A stretch of 64,000 bases of DNA from Azolla caroliniana (GCA_043228905.1 JBHGNT010000004.1:8804001-8868000); one strand, 5' to 3'. Shown: positions 13,001-24,900, counted from the stretch's first letter. The notes: generated from the sequence alone by a model not told the origin. Program-made: numbers and translations.

Positions 13001-14495
13001 CGTCAATATTAAAATAATAAAATTGAACCGCAGGATCAATTACACACGAATAAATTAATGAACTAGAATACTCACTTAAAGATTTAGAAGACACAAGTGA
13101 ATGAGAAGGAAGTTTGGAACATTGAATAAAATGTTTACAATTATTAAGTTCAAATGTGATTGAGTGATTAACCCAATCAATGGACAAAGAAGGGTTTTTA
13201 TTAAAAAACCAAGGATATCCTAAAATGACATCTGCGGATTGTAATTTCATAACATGAAAGTCAAGCTTCTCCAAATAAGTATCTATTTGAATTGGCAGTT
13301 GACAAACAATGCCACTGATGTATTGAACGTTTCCATTTGCCATGTGAACTTGATAGATATGATCACTTGCGTTTATGTGGAGCTCCATTTGCTGCACAAA
13401 GTGATCATTAAGAAAATTGTGAGAACTACCGGAATCAAACAAGAAATGTGCTTGTGTTCCATTGATATATCCGACTGCTCGGAGTAAATCATTAGGTCCA
13501 AGTAAATGTGAAGGAAAAGTGCATTCACATAAACTTAAGTGATTGGTATGAACTTCAACAATATCAAAAGACTCACCTGTGTGACTCGTAGATTTGTCTT
13601 GAGGAGGGGTGTTCATTGACTTCCTCTCAAGACGACGACAGGTATCCTTTGTGTGGCCCCGCTTCTTGCAATATGCACAGAAGAGGTTCGGTTTCTTTGA
13701 GTCGCGGTCAAGAGTGTCACTGGATTGCTTACGTTTCCCAATGAACTTGACATTCGGAGTTTTGGCGAACTCAGGTTTATTGTGGTCTTTCTTGGAAGTC
13801 CTATGGTATCGCAACACAATGTTGACGGCTTCCTCGAAAGTTGTGGGGTCCTTGTCATGGACAATCCAATGATAATCCCCATTGGGAATACCATTCAAAA
13901 AACAAGCGACAAACCATTTCTCACCCGTAAGTCCCGATTTTTGGATCTGGGTCCGAGCGTGATGCACATAATCCTCGAGAGAGGTAAATGGCTTACTAGA
14001 CAATGTGAGCAAGTGTTGCGCTTGTTCGGTTTGAGAAGGTGGCTGCAAGAATTGTTTCTTAAAAACATCAACGAAACCTTCCCAAGTTGTGGGTAAGTTT
14101 TTTGTGGTCGTTAGGCCACGCCACCAAGCAGCAGCTCGGCCACCTAACTCACGACCGACATAACCAATTTTTACTGCATCGGGCTTGGGATGAAGCTCAA
14201 AGTGAGACTCCCAACGACCAAGCCAAGTGCTAATGGCCTCCTCGGTTCTTTCTTTCTTATCTCCCTTGAAAGGCGTGACTACGAAGGAAGGTTCACCTTC
14301 TTTCTTGGACTCAATAGTTAATTCTTGGAATTTCTTTTCCAATGCCATATTGGCCTGTCTCATTTCGGCCAATTGATTCAAGGTAGTAGTGAGCAATTGC
14401 TCAATAGTGATCTCAGCTTGTGTGCGAGATGCGGATTGGGGTTGAGAGGTCTCATTTGGAGAGATCGTTCCAACTGCGTTCAAAACTTGTTCCAT
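10092..14495 (-). pseudogene. chromovirus gag-pol polyprotein with one premature stop (11217)
   Basis: ORFs 11217..14495 and 10092..11153 are in the same frame; CAYCKKRGH knuckle, LFDSG, FLDD, ETDAS, GHPG, SDRD, GPF and a chromodomain (EQILD..KW..ATWE). Confidence 0.93.
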
Positions 14496-15335
14496 GATGC
14501 ACGTTGTGGGTATGCAATAAAATAAGGAGGTTCAGAAAATACACAAGCAAAATGAATGCTTGAAATTTTGATTGAAAGAACTTTATCCAAGAAAGTATCT
14601 CATGTCTTTACCCCTCTAGACATATGAGATGTGATTCGAGATCCGATAACTATGGTAACACTATGGTGTTTTAAAAACCATGGGGGAAAACATAGCTAAG
14701 ATGTATTTCTCGGATCTCTATCTTGAGTAATCATGGCGGCTCCCCGAGGCTCAACCATGGTTCTTACATCAATGAAATTTCCTAGATAGCCTTATATTAA
14801 TGCCAACCCATCATGTATTATATGGTCGAGAAAGTGTATTACGTGAAAAAACAAGTGCACTCACAAGTAATATTCTAGTCTTGCGAGCAATAAGCAAATG
14901 TGATGATAAAATGATAAAATAAGGCACTACTCATAAGAGTTAAGTAGTGACGAAAACAAGGGTAAAAAAAAAAGAACCCATGTGTTACCTACGAAAAAAA
15001 CAATGTCACAAATAAATGGGAAGTGCAAGGTATGCACATATACAACCCAATATGATTGTTATAACTTGCACAATTGTGACATAAGCCACAAATTGATACA
15101 AGTGATGACGGTGTTGTGCGCAAAGATGTAATACTCAAATCCATGAGTAAAACATCAATAAGGGAACTCATATGGTTTTACTCGTTTTCTAAGGCTTGAT
15201 GATAAGAGTTAAACCTAGATGACCCGTTGAAAAAAAAAATGCTAACATAACATTGCACACCAATTTACGCACCGATCCGGTTCTCGGCTTGCACAGCCGA
15301 CCTGGCCAATGTTGAGCTTGTATCTCAACATAGAG

Positions 15336-16456
15336 CAACTGGACATCAAGATAGTGTTCCTACATGGCAACCTCAAAGAAGAGATCTACATGCATCAACC
15401 GGAAGGATTTGAGAAGAAAGGGAAGGAGCACCTAGTGTGCCGGCTGAAGAAGAGCTTATACGGATTAAAGCAAGCCCCACGGCAATCATACCAGAAGTTC
15501 GACTCCTTCATGACCGGCCAAGCGTACCACAAGACGCAAGCCGATCACTACGTGTTTGTGAAGAATTTTGATGGAGGAGATTTGTTGATACTCCTATATG
15601 TGGATGATATGTTGATCGTCGGACAAGACCAAGGCAAGATTTGGATGCTGAAGAAGGCTTTGAACCGGACCTTCTCAATGAAAGACTTGGGTCCGGCAAG
15701 ACAGATATTGGGAATGCACATCATCCAGGACCGGTCGAAAAAGTTGTTGTGGTTGTCATAGGAGAAGTACGTGACAAAAGTACTTCAACGGTTCAACGGT
15801 TCAACGTGACACTTCCGGCAAACTACAAGCTATCCGGAAAATAAAGGTTGAGGACAAAGGCAGAGAAGACAGATATGATGAAGATACCATATGCCTCTGC
15901 CGTCAGGAGCTTGATGTACACAATGGTATGTACCCGGCCGGATATCGGATATGCAATCGGACTGGTGAGCCGATTCATGAGCAATCTCGGAAAAGAGCAC
16001 TGGAACGCGGTCAAGTGGATACCCCGGTATCTGAAAGGCACCTCGAGTATGTGCCTCCGGTTCGGCTTTGGTAATCCCCAACTTGACGGATTCATGGATT
16101 CGGATATGTCGGCTGATGTAGATACCGGTCGGTCTACATTCGGATATGTCATGACTTATGCAGTGGGAGTTGTTTCGTGGCAGTCAAGGCTGCAAAAGAT
16201 GGTTGCGTTGTCAACCACGGAAGCAGAGTACATGGTAGCTGTCGAAGCCGACAAGGAGATAATTTGGATGAACGAGTTCATCTGAGAGTTAGGGATCCAA
16301 TAGGAGGAATACCGGCTCTACTACGACAGTCAAAGTGTCATCCACCTTTCAAAGAAAGCGGCCTACCATTCCTGGACGAAACATATCCAGTGGAGGTATC
16401 ACTGGATCCGAGAGAGAGTAGAAGATCAACTGTTCGTGTTGACGAAGATCCACATG
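15336..16456 (+). pseudogene. copia A pol fragment (RT C-term, RNase H)
   Basis: LKKSLYGLKQ, YVDD, TRPDI, ALSTTEAEY motifs with stops and frameshifts; the RNase H end, PPT and LTR start are deleted at about 16457. Confidence 0.92.
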
Positions 16457-16667
16457 GAGGTCCTTCCAGATGGGATCCGGTTATGGATCGGATGGACCCG
16501 GTGAGAACTGAAAGAGAAGACATATTTGTAAATATGTTTTGAGTAAGCCTATTGAGGCTATATTTGTGAATAGCCCTAAGTTTATATAAGTATAAATATG
16601 ACTTAGCGCAATCACTTTGTAAGGTTGTTGTCATATTCTTGTATGTGCATAACTGCTGTATATATAG

Positions 16668-16687
16668 AGATAGATAGATAGATAGAT
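16668..16687 (-). repeat. (ATCT)5 LINE 3' tail
   Basis: AGAT x5 on the plus strand, about 55 nt after the ORF2 stop. Confidence 0.85.
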
Positions 16688-16742
16688 TATATTATCGTCT
16701 TCGGAGATCAAATATGACCTATGAGACCAAAAATGTTACATT

Positions 16743-19700
16743 TCACGTGATACGTGTGAAAGTGAGTAGTGACTCTCGATGTTCAAGAACTTTACCAATG
16801 AATGTTGCAATCGAGAGTGCACATTGTGGTTGTGAGAGGAATTCATGCAAAGATTGGGCTCGATCGAAGAGATGTGGAAAGCATGGTCGAATATGATCAA
16901 AGGCAGAGCATTGTATCAAAGTGTGATACTCAGACTCGCGAACTTGTTTAGGGCAAAGTGTGCATAGCCGACAACTCTCATCACTTGTACCCCAACGCCC
17001 TGTTTCACATCGCAATGCATGTGAGCTAAGTCGCATGGAAGCAATGGTTCGAATGGCAGATAACGGTATGGGCTCTAACATGTATGGATGTGTACGATTT
17101 CCCCGTTCTGCAAAGAATATGGTTTTGTAGTTAGGTGCAACATGTGTAGTATAATGTGTGAAGCGTGAGCCTCCACATTTGTCCCATGTCATGATACATT
17201 GGCGTTGCAAAAATGCCTCATTTACAGAGGAATCTAATGATGCATCATGAAGCAAGTGTCTCGCATCCCATCTACCAAACCATTTTTCTATATCTTGCAT
17301 CCAACCGGAACACAAAATTTTGCTTTTATGCGTCTTTTGGATCTTTTTGCTTGCTTCCCACGCAATTCTAGGAAGTCGATGTGAGGGACTTTTTTGAACC
17401 TTAAGCATGTATTCAACAACCCTTTCCATGGCCATGATCTCAATGGGAAGCGATCCCGTCTCAAGGAGGAGGAGGGTGTAGGGCGTTTGTTTCTTAACTT
17501 GTAGAAACTTGGTAAGAAAATGCTTTTGGACATTTTCAAACTCTTTCCACATAGACTTAGGGATGCTACCGCCCCATACTTCCACCCCATAGAGAAGAAC
17601 TGGTGTCACCAAAGTGTCAAAAAGATATTTCTTGAGGACCCAACACTTAATATCTCCAAGATTGCATGTGTTCTCAAATGCATAGTATGCTCGTTTGCCC
17701 GCCTCTAAGCGGCGTGTAGCACATTCATTCCATCTATGATTTGAAGGAACTTCAAGGCCAAGATATTTGAAGCTTTCCACACATTCAAGTGGCTCATTGT
17801 TGTACATAATGCATGGTTTATCTCTTTTTTGGCTCTTCACAAGCATAATCTTTGTTTTAGAGCTATTGACACTTAATTTAGTATGCATGCAAAATTTTTC
17901 CATTGCCTTCATAAGCTTTTGTGCATCTCCTAAAGTATTTGCAAAAAGCACTACGTCATCTGCATATAGCAAAAGCATAATCACAACATTCCCAATGGCA
18001 ACTTCTTCAACACATTCTTCCTTTGCAAACTTGGTAACCATTTCTTCCAATTCATCAATGCATAGACCAAATAGTGTTGGTGAGAGTGGGCATCCTTGCT
18101 TAACACCAATAGTGCTTTTGAAAAAATCTGAAAGTTTATCTTTCATGCGCACACAACATATAACCTTCTCATAAATTCGGGAAATTGCAAGCATATATTC
18201 ACTTGGCACCTCAAGTTCTTCCATTCGCCTCCAAAGATGCTCACGAGGTACCATATCAAAAGCTTTCTTGAAGTCTACAAAGCAACAATATAAACCTTTA
18301 CCTCTAAGGCGACTTTCCTCCATTAATACTCGAAGGGTGATAAGGTGATCAATGGTGCTATGGTGTTTCCGAAAGCCAGCTTGTCCATAAGCTCTCTTAC
18401 CACTTTTTTCAGCCCATACACTTATCTTTGATTCCATTATACATCCAAATAGTTTTGCCATTAATGAGCCAACCATGATGGTTCGATAGTTGTTTACATT
18501 ATTTATATCTCCACCTTTATGTAAAGGTTTGATCCAATTTGTAGTCCAATCGTACGGCATACCATGTTGCGATGCATCATTAAACATATCGCTTATCCAT
18601 ATATGTGCTTCCTTTCCCGTCCATTTGAGCATTTCAGCCTTTATACATTGAAGATCGCTTGCCTTTCGAGAGGCCAATTTCTTAAGTCCTATGCATATAT
18701 CTTCAATTGTAAAGAAGGAAGGCATATGTGAAAGAGAACCATAACACATCATCTTTCCGGCAAGAGATAACTCATATAAATTCTTACAATGCATAGACAA
18801 GTCGTGAAGAGTTAAGTCACCATAACTCTCAACACGTTTTCCCTTTAGATTTCCCCAAAATTTAGCACATGCATGTGCTTTCTCTTGCGTTTGGATAAAT
18901 TGTTGAGTAACTTCCCATATTCTTCTCTTTCTTTGAATAAGCCTTTTATACTCATGCAAATGCTTTTGGTAATTCTCTTTATCCTTAACTACATCCAAAA
19001 CCATAAGGCACTTTCGAGCTTCACGACATTCTTTATCAAACCATTTTTTCCTAAGTTTCTTGGTGCATTTCCAAGATGTGCGGTTGGTCGAAAAACATTT
19101 GTTTGTACATGAGAGAATGACTTTCTTGAAAGCTTCCCATTTGCATTCTAGTGTGGCACCATGTTGTATCTTTGTCATTTGTAACATATCCTCAACCATC
19201 TTGGAATACATGGGTGCTCGCTTAAGGTTCATGCTCAAGTGCGGTTGTTTATTATCTTCAATAGCCTTCTCACAATCAAACCTATGCATACATTTGAGAT
19301 CAATACATAAAGGCCTATGATCTGATTCCGGTGTCCATTCACCAAGTGAGAATTTATGTATACGATCCAAAATACCTTCGGAAAGTAGCACATAATCAAT
19401 CACACTATTTCCGTTGTATTTTCTACATGTAAAACCATTAGTGTTGGGCCATAAGGAAATACCATTTGCAATAAGCAATCTGGTACTATTGCACATTTGT
19501 AGGAGTAACTTCCCAAATTGGTCCGGATCTTTTTCATCGCTAGAAGAGCGATTATACATTTGCATATCCTCTTGCATCCTTGAGATATGTGGCATGAAAG
19601 ATTCTTGTGAATCAAGTTGGAAACTTCTTGTACGAGCATTCATGTCACCAAAGACAATAACTTCCCCTTTGGATTTGAAATAAGCAATATCATCTTCTAG

Positions 19701-20117
19701 ATTGGCAAACGGTTGATCTTTATCCAAACAAGCATAAAAGTTAGAATCTTGATGAGGAATGTAACATCCAACAACAAAAGTGGGCAAATCATTAAGTGTT
19801 TCTATTTTGAGCCATATGTAGCATTTATTTTCATCATTTTTTATGATTGACACATATTTCTCTATTTCCTTCTTAATCAAACATGCCACCCCTCCTTGTC
19901 CTCTTCTTTGTCTTGGATTTTTCTTCCATATCAAAGAGTGTACATTATAGTTTCCTAAACCTTGAATCCTTTGAGTATCATGCTCCCATGTTTCAACAAG
20001 AAGTGTGATATCCGAGTCATTGGTGAACTCCTCTATGCCAAATCCCGCATTCCATGGGTATCCATTGCAATTCCAAAAGCATAGTCGTAAAAGGCGTGGG
20101 TTAGTCTCATAGATCAC
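16743..20117 (-). CDS. LINE ORF2: APE endonuclease, reverse transcriptase and Cys-rich C-terminus
   Basis: 1124 open codons with WNCNG, ETW, GDMNAR, IDY, SDH, QAGFR, FVDFKKAFD, GVKQGCPLSP, LYADD, YLG, RLCTLC..H....C. The annotated start codon is GTG. Confidence 0.95.
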   Translation of the reverse strand: MIYETNPRLLRLCFWNCNGYPWNAGFGIEEFTNDSDITLLVETWEHDTQRIQGLGNYNVHSLIWKKNPRQRRGQGGVACLIKKEIEKYVSIIKNDENKCYIWLKIETLNDLPTFVVGCYIPHQDSNFYACLDKDQPFANLEDDIAYFKSKGEVIVFGDMNARTRSFQLDSQESFMPHISRMQEDMQMYNRSSSDEKDPDQFGKLLLQMCNSTRLLIANGISLWPNTNGFTCRKYNGNSVIDYVLLSEGILDRIHKFSLGEWTPESDHRPLCIDLKCMHRFDCEKAIEDNKQPHLSMNLKRAPMYSKMVEDMLQMTKIQHGATLECKWEAFKKVILSCTNKCFSTNRTSWKCTKKLRKKWFDKECREARKCLMVLDVVKDKENYQKHLHEYKRLIQRKRRIWEVTQQFIQTQEKAHACAKFWGNLKGKRVESYGDLTLHDLSMHCKNLYELSLAGKMMCYGSLSHMPSFFTIEDICIGLKKLASRKASDLQCIKAEMLKWTGKEAHIWISDMFNDASQHGMPYDWTTNWIKPLHKGGDINNVNNYRTIMVGSLMAKLFGCIMESKISVWAEKSGKRAYGQAGFRKHHSTIDHLITLRVLMEESRLRGKGLYCCFVDFKKAFDMVPREHLWRRMEELEVPSEYMLAISRIYEKVICCVRMKDKLSDFFKSTIGVKQGCPLSPTLFGLCIDELEEMVTKFAKEECVEEVAIGNVVIMLLLYADDVVLFANTLGDAQKLMKAMEKFCMHTKLSVNSSKTKIMLVKSQKRDKPCIMYNNEPLECVESFKYLGLEVPSNHRWNECATRRLEAGKRAYYAFENTCNLGDIKCWVLKKYLFDTLVTPVLLYGVEVWGGSIPKSMWKEFENVQKHFLTKFLQVKKQTPYTLLLLETGSLPIEIMAMERVVEYMLKVQKSPSHRLPRIAWEASKKIQKTHKSKILCSGWMQDIEKWFGRWDARHLLHDASLDSSVNEAFLQRQCIMTWDKCGGSRFTHYTTHVAPNYKTIFFAERGNRTHPYMLEPIPLSAIRTIASMRLSSHALRCETGRWGTSDESCRLCTLCPKQVRESEYHTLIQCSAFDHIRPCFPHLFDRAQSLHEFLSQPQCALSIATFIGKVLEHRESLLTFTRIT

Positions 20118-20123
20118 GTGTCC

Positions 20124-20993
20124 CTATTTGCCTACATTTCCATCTTTAGGCACATCCTTAACCTTGTTTTTCAATCTTTCTTCATATGCTTTACGACGAG
20201 CATTTTGTTGTGAGATAGTACGATCTTCACTCACAAAGCATTGTGTACCTTTGAGGTATACCCAACTATTTTCGAGTATGATCCGCCGCTTTGTATCATC
20301 TGTCATTGTGCATACAATAGGCCTTTCTCCGGAGCGAGTAACACCATGTTTCCCAACTCGGTGTGCCCCATATACATTCACATCTGACATCCCATAATGC
20401 ATGCTAAAAAATTCACCAATGGCCTTTCCAAGGGATGCGGGTGTTTCCATACTCTCTTCTTTAATCCCACGGACGACAATGTTCTTTGATCGTCGTTCGC
20501 GTTCTTTCAATTCTTGGACATCTATGCTTTCTATATTCTTCTCTTGGTGCATCACATGCATATTAGATGAGTTTGATAACACATCCCCACCACATACATC
20601 GGCCCATGACTTCGTTGTACATACATTTTTCATCTCACTTACATCCCGCCTCATCGTATCCAATTTTTCTTCTTTTAATGGTTCCTTTAACTCAATCTTG
20701 TTAAGGCGCTCATTTGTTTCAAATGAAGCTCTTTTACATTCTTGAATCTCTTCTTGAAGTTTTGCAACCACTTGTTTAAGACTTTCATTCTCAATGACAA
20801 CACTTTGGAGCTTAGTATTCTCTTTCATTAACATCCTAATATCTTCACCTTGCTTGTTTATGGTTTCTTGAAGAGAAATCAAGTGACTCATAAGCATTTT
20901 GTCCATTGCATTAGAATCGAGATTTGTTGGTGATCTCGGCTCATTATCAATCATACCCCCAAACTTTGCGGCGGTTTTACGAGTATTTGCCAT
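20124..20993 (-). CDS. LINE ORF1 (coiled coil plus RRM-like region)
   Basis: 289 aa with ATG start, heptad-rich middle, and RSKNIVVRGIKE..HRVG..RPIV..SED motifs typical of LINE ORF1 proteins. Confidence 0.9.
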   Translation of the reverse strand: MANTRKTAAKFGGMIDNEPRSPTNLDSNAMDKMLMSHLISLQETINKQGEDIRMLMKENTKLQSVVIENESLKQVVAKLQEEIQECKRASFETNERLNKIELKEPLKEEKLDTMRRDVSEMKNVCTTKSWADVCGGDVLSNSSNMHVMHQEKNIESIDVQELKERERRSKNIVVRGIKEESMETPASLGKAIGEFFSMHYGMSDVNVYGAHRVGKHGVTRSGERPIVCTMTDDTKRRIILENSWVYLKGTQCFVSEDRTISQQNARRKAYEERLKNKVKDVPKDGNVGK

Positions 20994-21909
20994 TGTAGGG
21001 ACAAACCGTACGGGAAAAGAGAGACAAAGAGGGAAGGAGAGAGAATGTACCTTTCACTCGATTTAGGGCTTCAAAATCTACCTTCCGTTTGAGGAACCGT
21101 GGGGCAAAGATGGCTGCGGATGAAAGAGAGAGAGATACAGAGTGATACTCTATCATAACCGCCGCTCGGCAAAGAAATAGAGCTCGAGGTCGTTGCCTCC
21201 GAGTCTCTGATTGTACCTTTCTCATATAGTGATATTTTGGAGTCTATGGGCTCCCGTGGTTTTTTCCCTATTAGGTTTTTTCCACGTAAACATCCTGTGT
21301 ATCCTCTATCGTTGTTTGTGTGCATGTGCGTATGCGTACCAATTTCCCTACTTCCCATTTCTGTGTTTGATTCTCATCAACAAGTGATTCAAGACTCGGT
21401 TGTGGCCGAGCAATACTCCGCGCTATTTCCCTCATACCATAAGTTGGTTGAAGATAGAGCTTGGTTAGAAAATAAGGTGTTGGATACATGGAGCATTACT
21501 AGAAATATAAAGTGGTGGCATAGAGTTTTAGATGTAGGGTGGTAGCCTCATCTTCCATTCCGTGCAAAGGTGTTTCTTTGGCATGCCATAGTTGGTGGGC
21601 TGCCTTTGGCAATGACCTTAAAACGAAGACATATTTCGAATGGGACATGTTTTTTCTTGTACGGTGGTTGAAGAAGATGCCAAACATAGGCCATTTGGGT
21701 GATTATGTCACAAATTTGGGCATCGATAATAGAAAATATTTTGTCACTTTATAAATGGGTTTATATGGATGAGGATAAAGTTATGCCCACACCATCATAT
21801 AAGGTGGTTTTTGATTACCTTGGATATTGGGGGATATGGTTTAATTGTACCATGAGAAATGAGTTCTTGTTTGATGGACTTCAAGGGATAACACAACAAC
21901 TCTGTAGGA

Positions 21910-24900
21910 TGAAAGGGAAATTGATTTGGCAACTTTTGTATCGTTGTATGTTGATGATCCAAACTATTGTCATAGACAATCACCCAATCTCCTTCTTCAA
22001 TCCCGCGGTCGTAGTCGATGTTTTGTGTCGAATCGGCTTTTGTTCCTGAATCGTGCTTCTTGTTGTCAGCGTGTTGCTTCCGCTATGTCTTCCGGTCTTC
22101 CCTCTAGTTGTCGTATCTGGACCACTAGTAGTTCTTCCCGGCTCATCTCTTCCTTCTACGGTAGCATTGTCCATGTTGCGATCGCGGTTTCCGTCGGCAT
22201 TACCGGTGCTTGTCCGGTCATAAGTTTAGTCGGCATATAACCGATTACGGAGCTATGCGTCGTCCGATCCGCCGATAGTGCATATGGGAGCATCTGCGAC
22301 CAATCCTTCACCCTTCCGTCGCATGCTTTGGGAAGTGCTTTGAGGATTGGACTATGTCCTCGTTCGATTTTTCCATTGGCCTCTAGATTGTATGCCGTTT
22401 TTAGTGTTAACCGAACTCCATGTTTGGTGAAGAATTCCCTAGCTTTATTAGAGTCGAGTTCTCCCCGATCCGCAATCACTTGTCCTATGCACCCATACTT
22501 GCAAAACACTTATTCCAAAAGGAATTGGCATACCGCAGAACACGTTTTCCTCCATAGCGCTCGACCTTCTACTTGGTTTATGAGATCTTCCTGAGCTAAC
22601 ACCAAGTACTTCTTTTGTCTGATCCCCATTGGCATGGCTACAATGTCAACCGTCCATTTGAAGTTGATTGTCAGTGAGAATGTCGGATGTAACTCGTCTC
22701 GGTGTCGAACTCCGAAGTAGATTTCCGTGAGCTCCACCATATCTTTGTACATATTCTTCCACCAATATTTTTCTTTGATTTTCACAAAAGTTTCCCATGT
22801 TCCTCGATGTCCAGCCCAATCGGATTCGTGAAACTCGGACATTATCCAGTTTCGTTGCTCTTTCATCCCGACTACCCAAAGTGGTATGCCATCCAGTCTT
22901 TTTGGCTCCCTCCATATTAATCCATTTTTCAAGAAGAACTTTTGGACTTGCCTCTTATGCCTTCGGATCTCGGCTCTCTTCTCTTTATCGTCTGGTGATT
23001 CCTCAATCTCTTGTAGCACCTTCCTGATCATCACGCTTTCTCCCTCGTACTCTTCTTCTCGGAATTCTCGGATTACGTTTAACCGACATATGTGCTCCGA
23101 AGCAAAGTAGTCTTCAGAAACTTCTTCATTATTGGATTCAGCTATGTCATCTCTGAACCGAGCCCTTGATAGCATATCCGCTACTGCGTTGTCTTTTCTG
23201 GAGATGTGTCGTACGTCCGGGTTAAGCGACTTAACATATGCAATCCATCTTAGCATAGCCACATCCGGTATCGTGCAACACCGCATCATCCCGAGTATCG
23301 GAAGACAATCCGTTTCGATCACTACTTCGGCTCCGATCAAATAATCTCGATCCGATTTGATTGCCGACATGACTCCCCATAACTCTCTTTTGACTTGTGC
23401 ATACCCGCGTTGTCTTTTGTTGAGAACCTTTGCTCTGAATCAGATTGGATATAGCGAACCATCCGAGTCGGCTTGATTGATGACCCATCTGATTCCGGTT
23501 GGACTCGTGTCAACCGTTACTATGATTGGTTGGTGATAGCTTGGCTTCTTAAGTGATTCCACCCTCCGTAGTGTTTTCTTAAGCTTCTTCATGGCTTTAG
23601 TATGTTCCGGTCTCCATTCGAACTTCTTACCCTTCTGCAACAAGTGATAGAGTGGGCCCGCAATATGTGCATAGTGCGGAATCCATATGTGATAAAATGC
23701 ACAAGCTCCAAGAACCCTTCGGACTTCGGATTGTGACTCGCATACTTCTTTCATAGCTTGAATCGCATTGATCTTGGTTGGTGACGGTCTTTGGCCGTAG
23801 GGCCCACATAGATGTCTAACTACCAATATTTCTTCTTGTCCGAATGCCAATTTCTCACCGGAAAGTGTTAGGTGCACATCTTCTAACTTTCATAGCACTT
23901 TCTTGCAATCGCGAATATGGTCGACTACAAACTGTTGGCATCCCTGATCATCCATAATCTAATCTTTTTCTTCCACCGCGCATCCTTTCATCGGAATGTC
24001 ATCTAGGAACGGCATCGTTATCTCCGGAATGCAGTCTTGAAGCACCTTGTTCATCGCATTCATCATATGTGCAACCGAGTTTGTCGCTCCTTGTGGTAGT
24101 GTGCACATTCGGACTAATCCTATTGGTGTCCGCATGGCAGTGATGTCTCGGCTCTCCACGGCTAGTTGGAATTGTTCATACCCGAGTATAGGTCTCCGAT
24201 GGAGTATATCGCACGACCGGCAAATGCTTCTGCAAATTCGTCCACTATCGGACCGACTCCGGAGTTCCGGATCGTGACTTTGTTCACCGGTTGCAAGTCT
24301 TGGATATTTCAGAGTCACCCATTCTTCTTCGGAATCGTAAATCATCAATTTGAGTATGGAGCATTTGATGGCTCTAGAATCCCCATCGCCACCTTCTCCT
24401 TGAGCAAGTCGATGACTTTCGGAATATGCGCCCGCAGCACTGGAATCGGCTTGAGGTTCCACGGCACATGGTCAATCATGAAGATCACCATCGGTTCCAC
24501 TATCTTTGGATCAGCGCACCCTATCTCCATCGATGTGAACGAAAATGCTTCCCCATGTTGTTCCAACATCCCATGGAATCGTTCTTCTTCATTTTGTAAA
24601 AGGAAACCACCTCCACCAATCCGAAGTTTCTTCCGGGTCTCATCCGTGAAGGCATGTCCGATATCCACGGACTTCCGAAGTGTCGGATCTACTGAGACTT
24701 CTTTCCTCTTTTGCTCGCTATCAGTGGGTAACGGTCCTGCGGCCGGTTTCACTTTCTTCTCCACGGTTTTGTATTTCGTACTTACCATTGCTTCTTCTTT
24801 GCAGAGCGCATCCGGCCCCATTTTCGCAATGATCTCGTACATCTCGACTGATTCCACCGGGACTACCCGGTCTCCTTGGCTTTTATCCTCCACAAGCTCT

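Larger units (their letters stand above)
9611..15252 (-). mobile_element. Ty3/gypsy chromovirus inserted in the 5' LTR of B; only the 3' LTR is present
   Basis: TG..CA ends, TSD TTGCA (9606-9610 / 15253-15257), gag-PR-RT-RH-INT-chromodomain polyprotein. Confidence 0.93.
1043..15330 (-). mobile_element. Ty1/copia element B, full length and decayed, inserted in the RT of A
   Basis: TG..CA ends, TSD TAGAG (1038-1042 / 15331-15335), two LTRs, PBS, PPT, gag-PR-INT-RT-RH order on the minus strand. Confidence 0.95.
9305..15330 (-). repeat. 5' LTR of copia B (9305-9610 and 15258-15330), split by the chromovirus
   Basis: Starts TGTGAAATGTTACGTGCGG and ends GTTGAGCTTGTATCTCAACA, like the 1043-1452 copy. 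Confidence 0.92.
16668..21124 (-). mobile_element. Full-length two-ORF LINE (APE-RT; RTEX/L2-like by motifs)
   Basis: Intact ORF1 and ORF2, about 130-nt 5' UTR, short 3' UTR, (ATCT)5 tail; flanks are the two halves of the LTR of A. The 5' boundary is approximate. Confidence 0.92.
1..21382 (+). mobile_element. Ty1/copia element A (5' part outside window), host of element B and of the LINE
   Basis: INT C-term/RT N-term at 1-1042 (...MDLEVE) continues at 15336 (QLDIKIVFLHG...LYVDD...RNase H); the 3' LTR is split by the LINE and ends TCAACA at 21382. Confidence 0.9.
16457..21382 (+). repeat. 3' LTR of copia A, in two pieces (about 16457-16667 and 21125-21382) around the LINE
   Basis: Both pieces align by eye to the reverse complement of solo LTR 52373-53041 (AGGTCCyTCCrGATGGGA; GAGGCTAyATTTGTrAATAGCC; AGTATAAATATGACTTAG; GAGGTCGTTGCCTC; TTTTCCACGTA). 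Confidence 0.85.

Noticed and set aside
21125-21382. LTR-derived promoter as part of the LINE (LINE-LTR chimera)
   Set aside because: It is the distal half of the LTR of copia A; the proximal half lies on the other side of the LINE.
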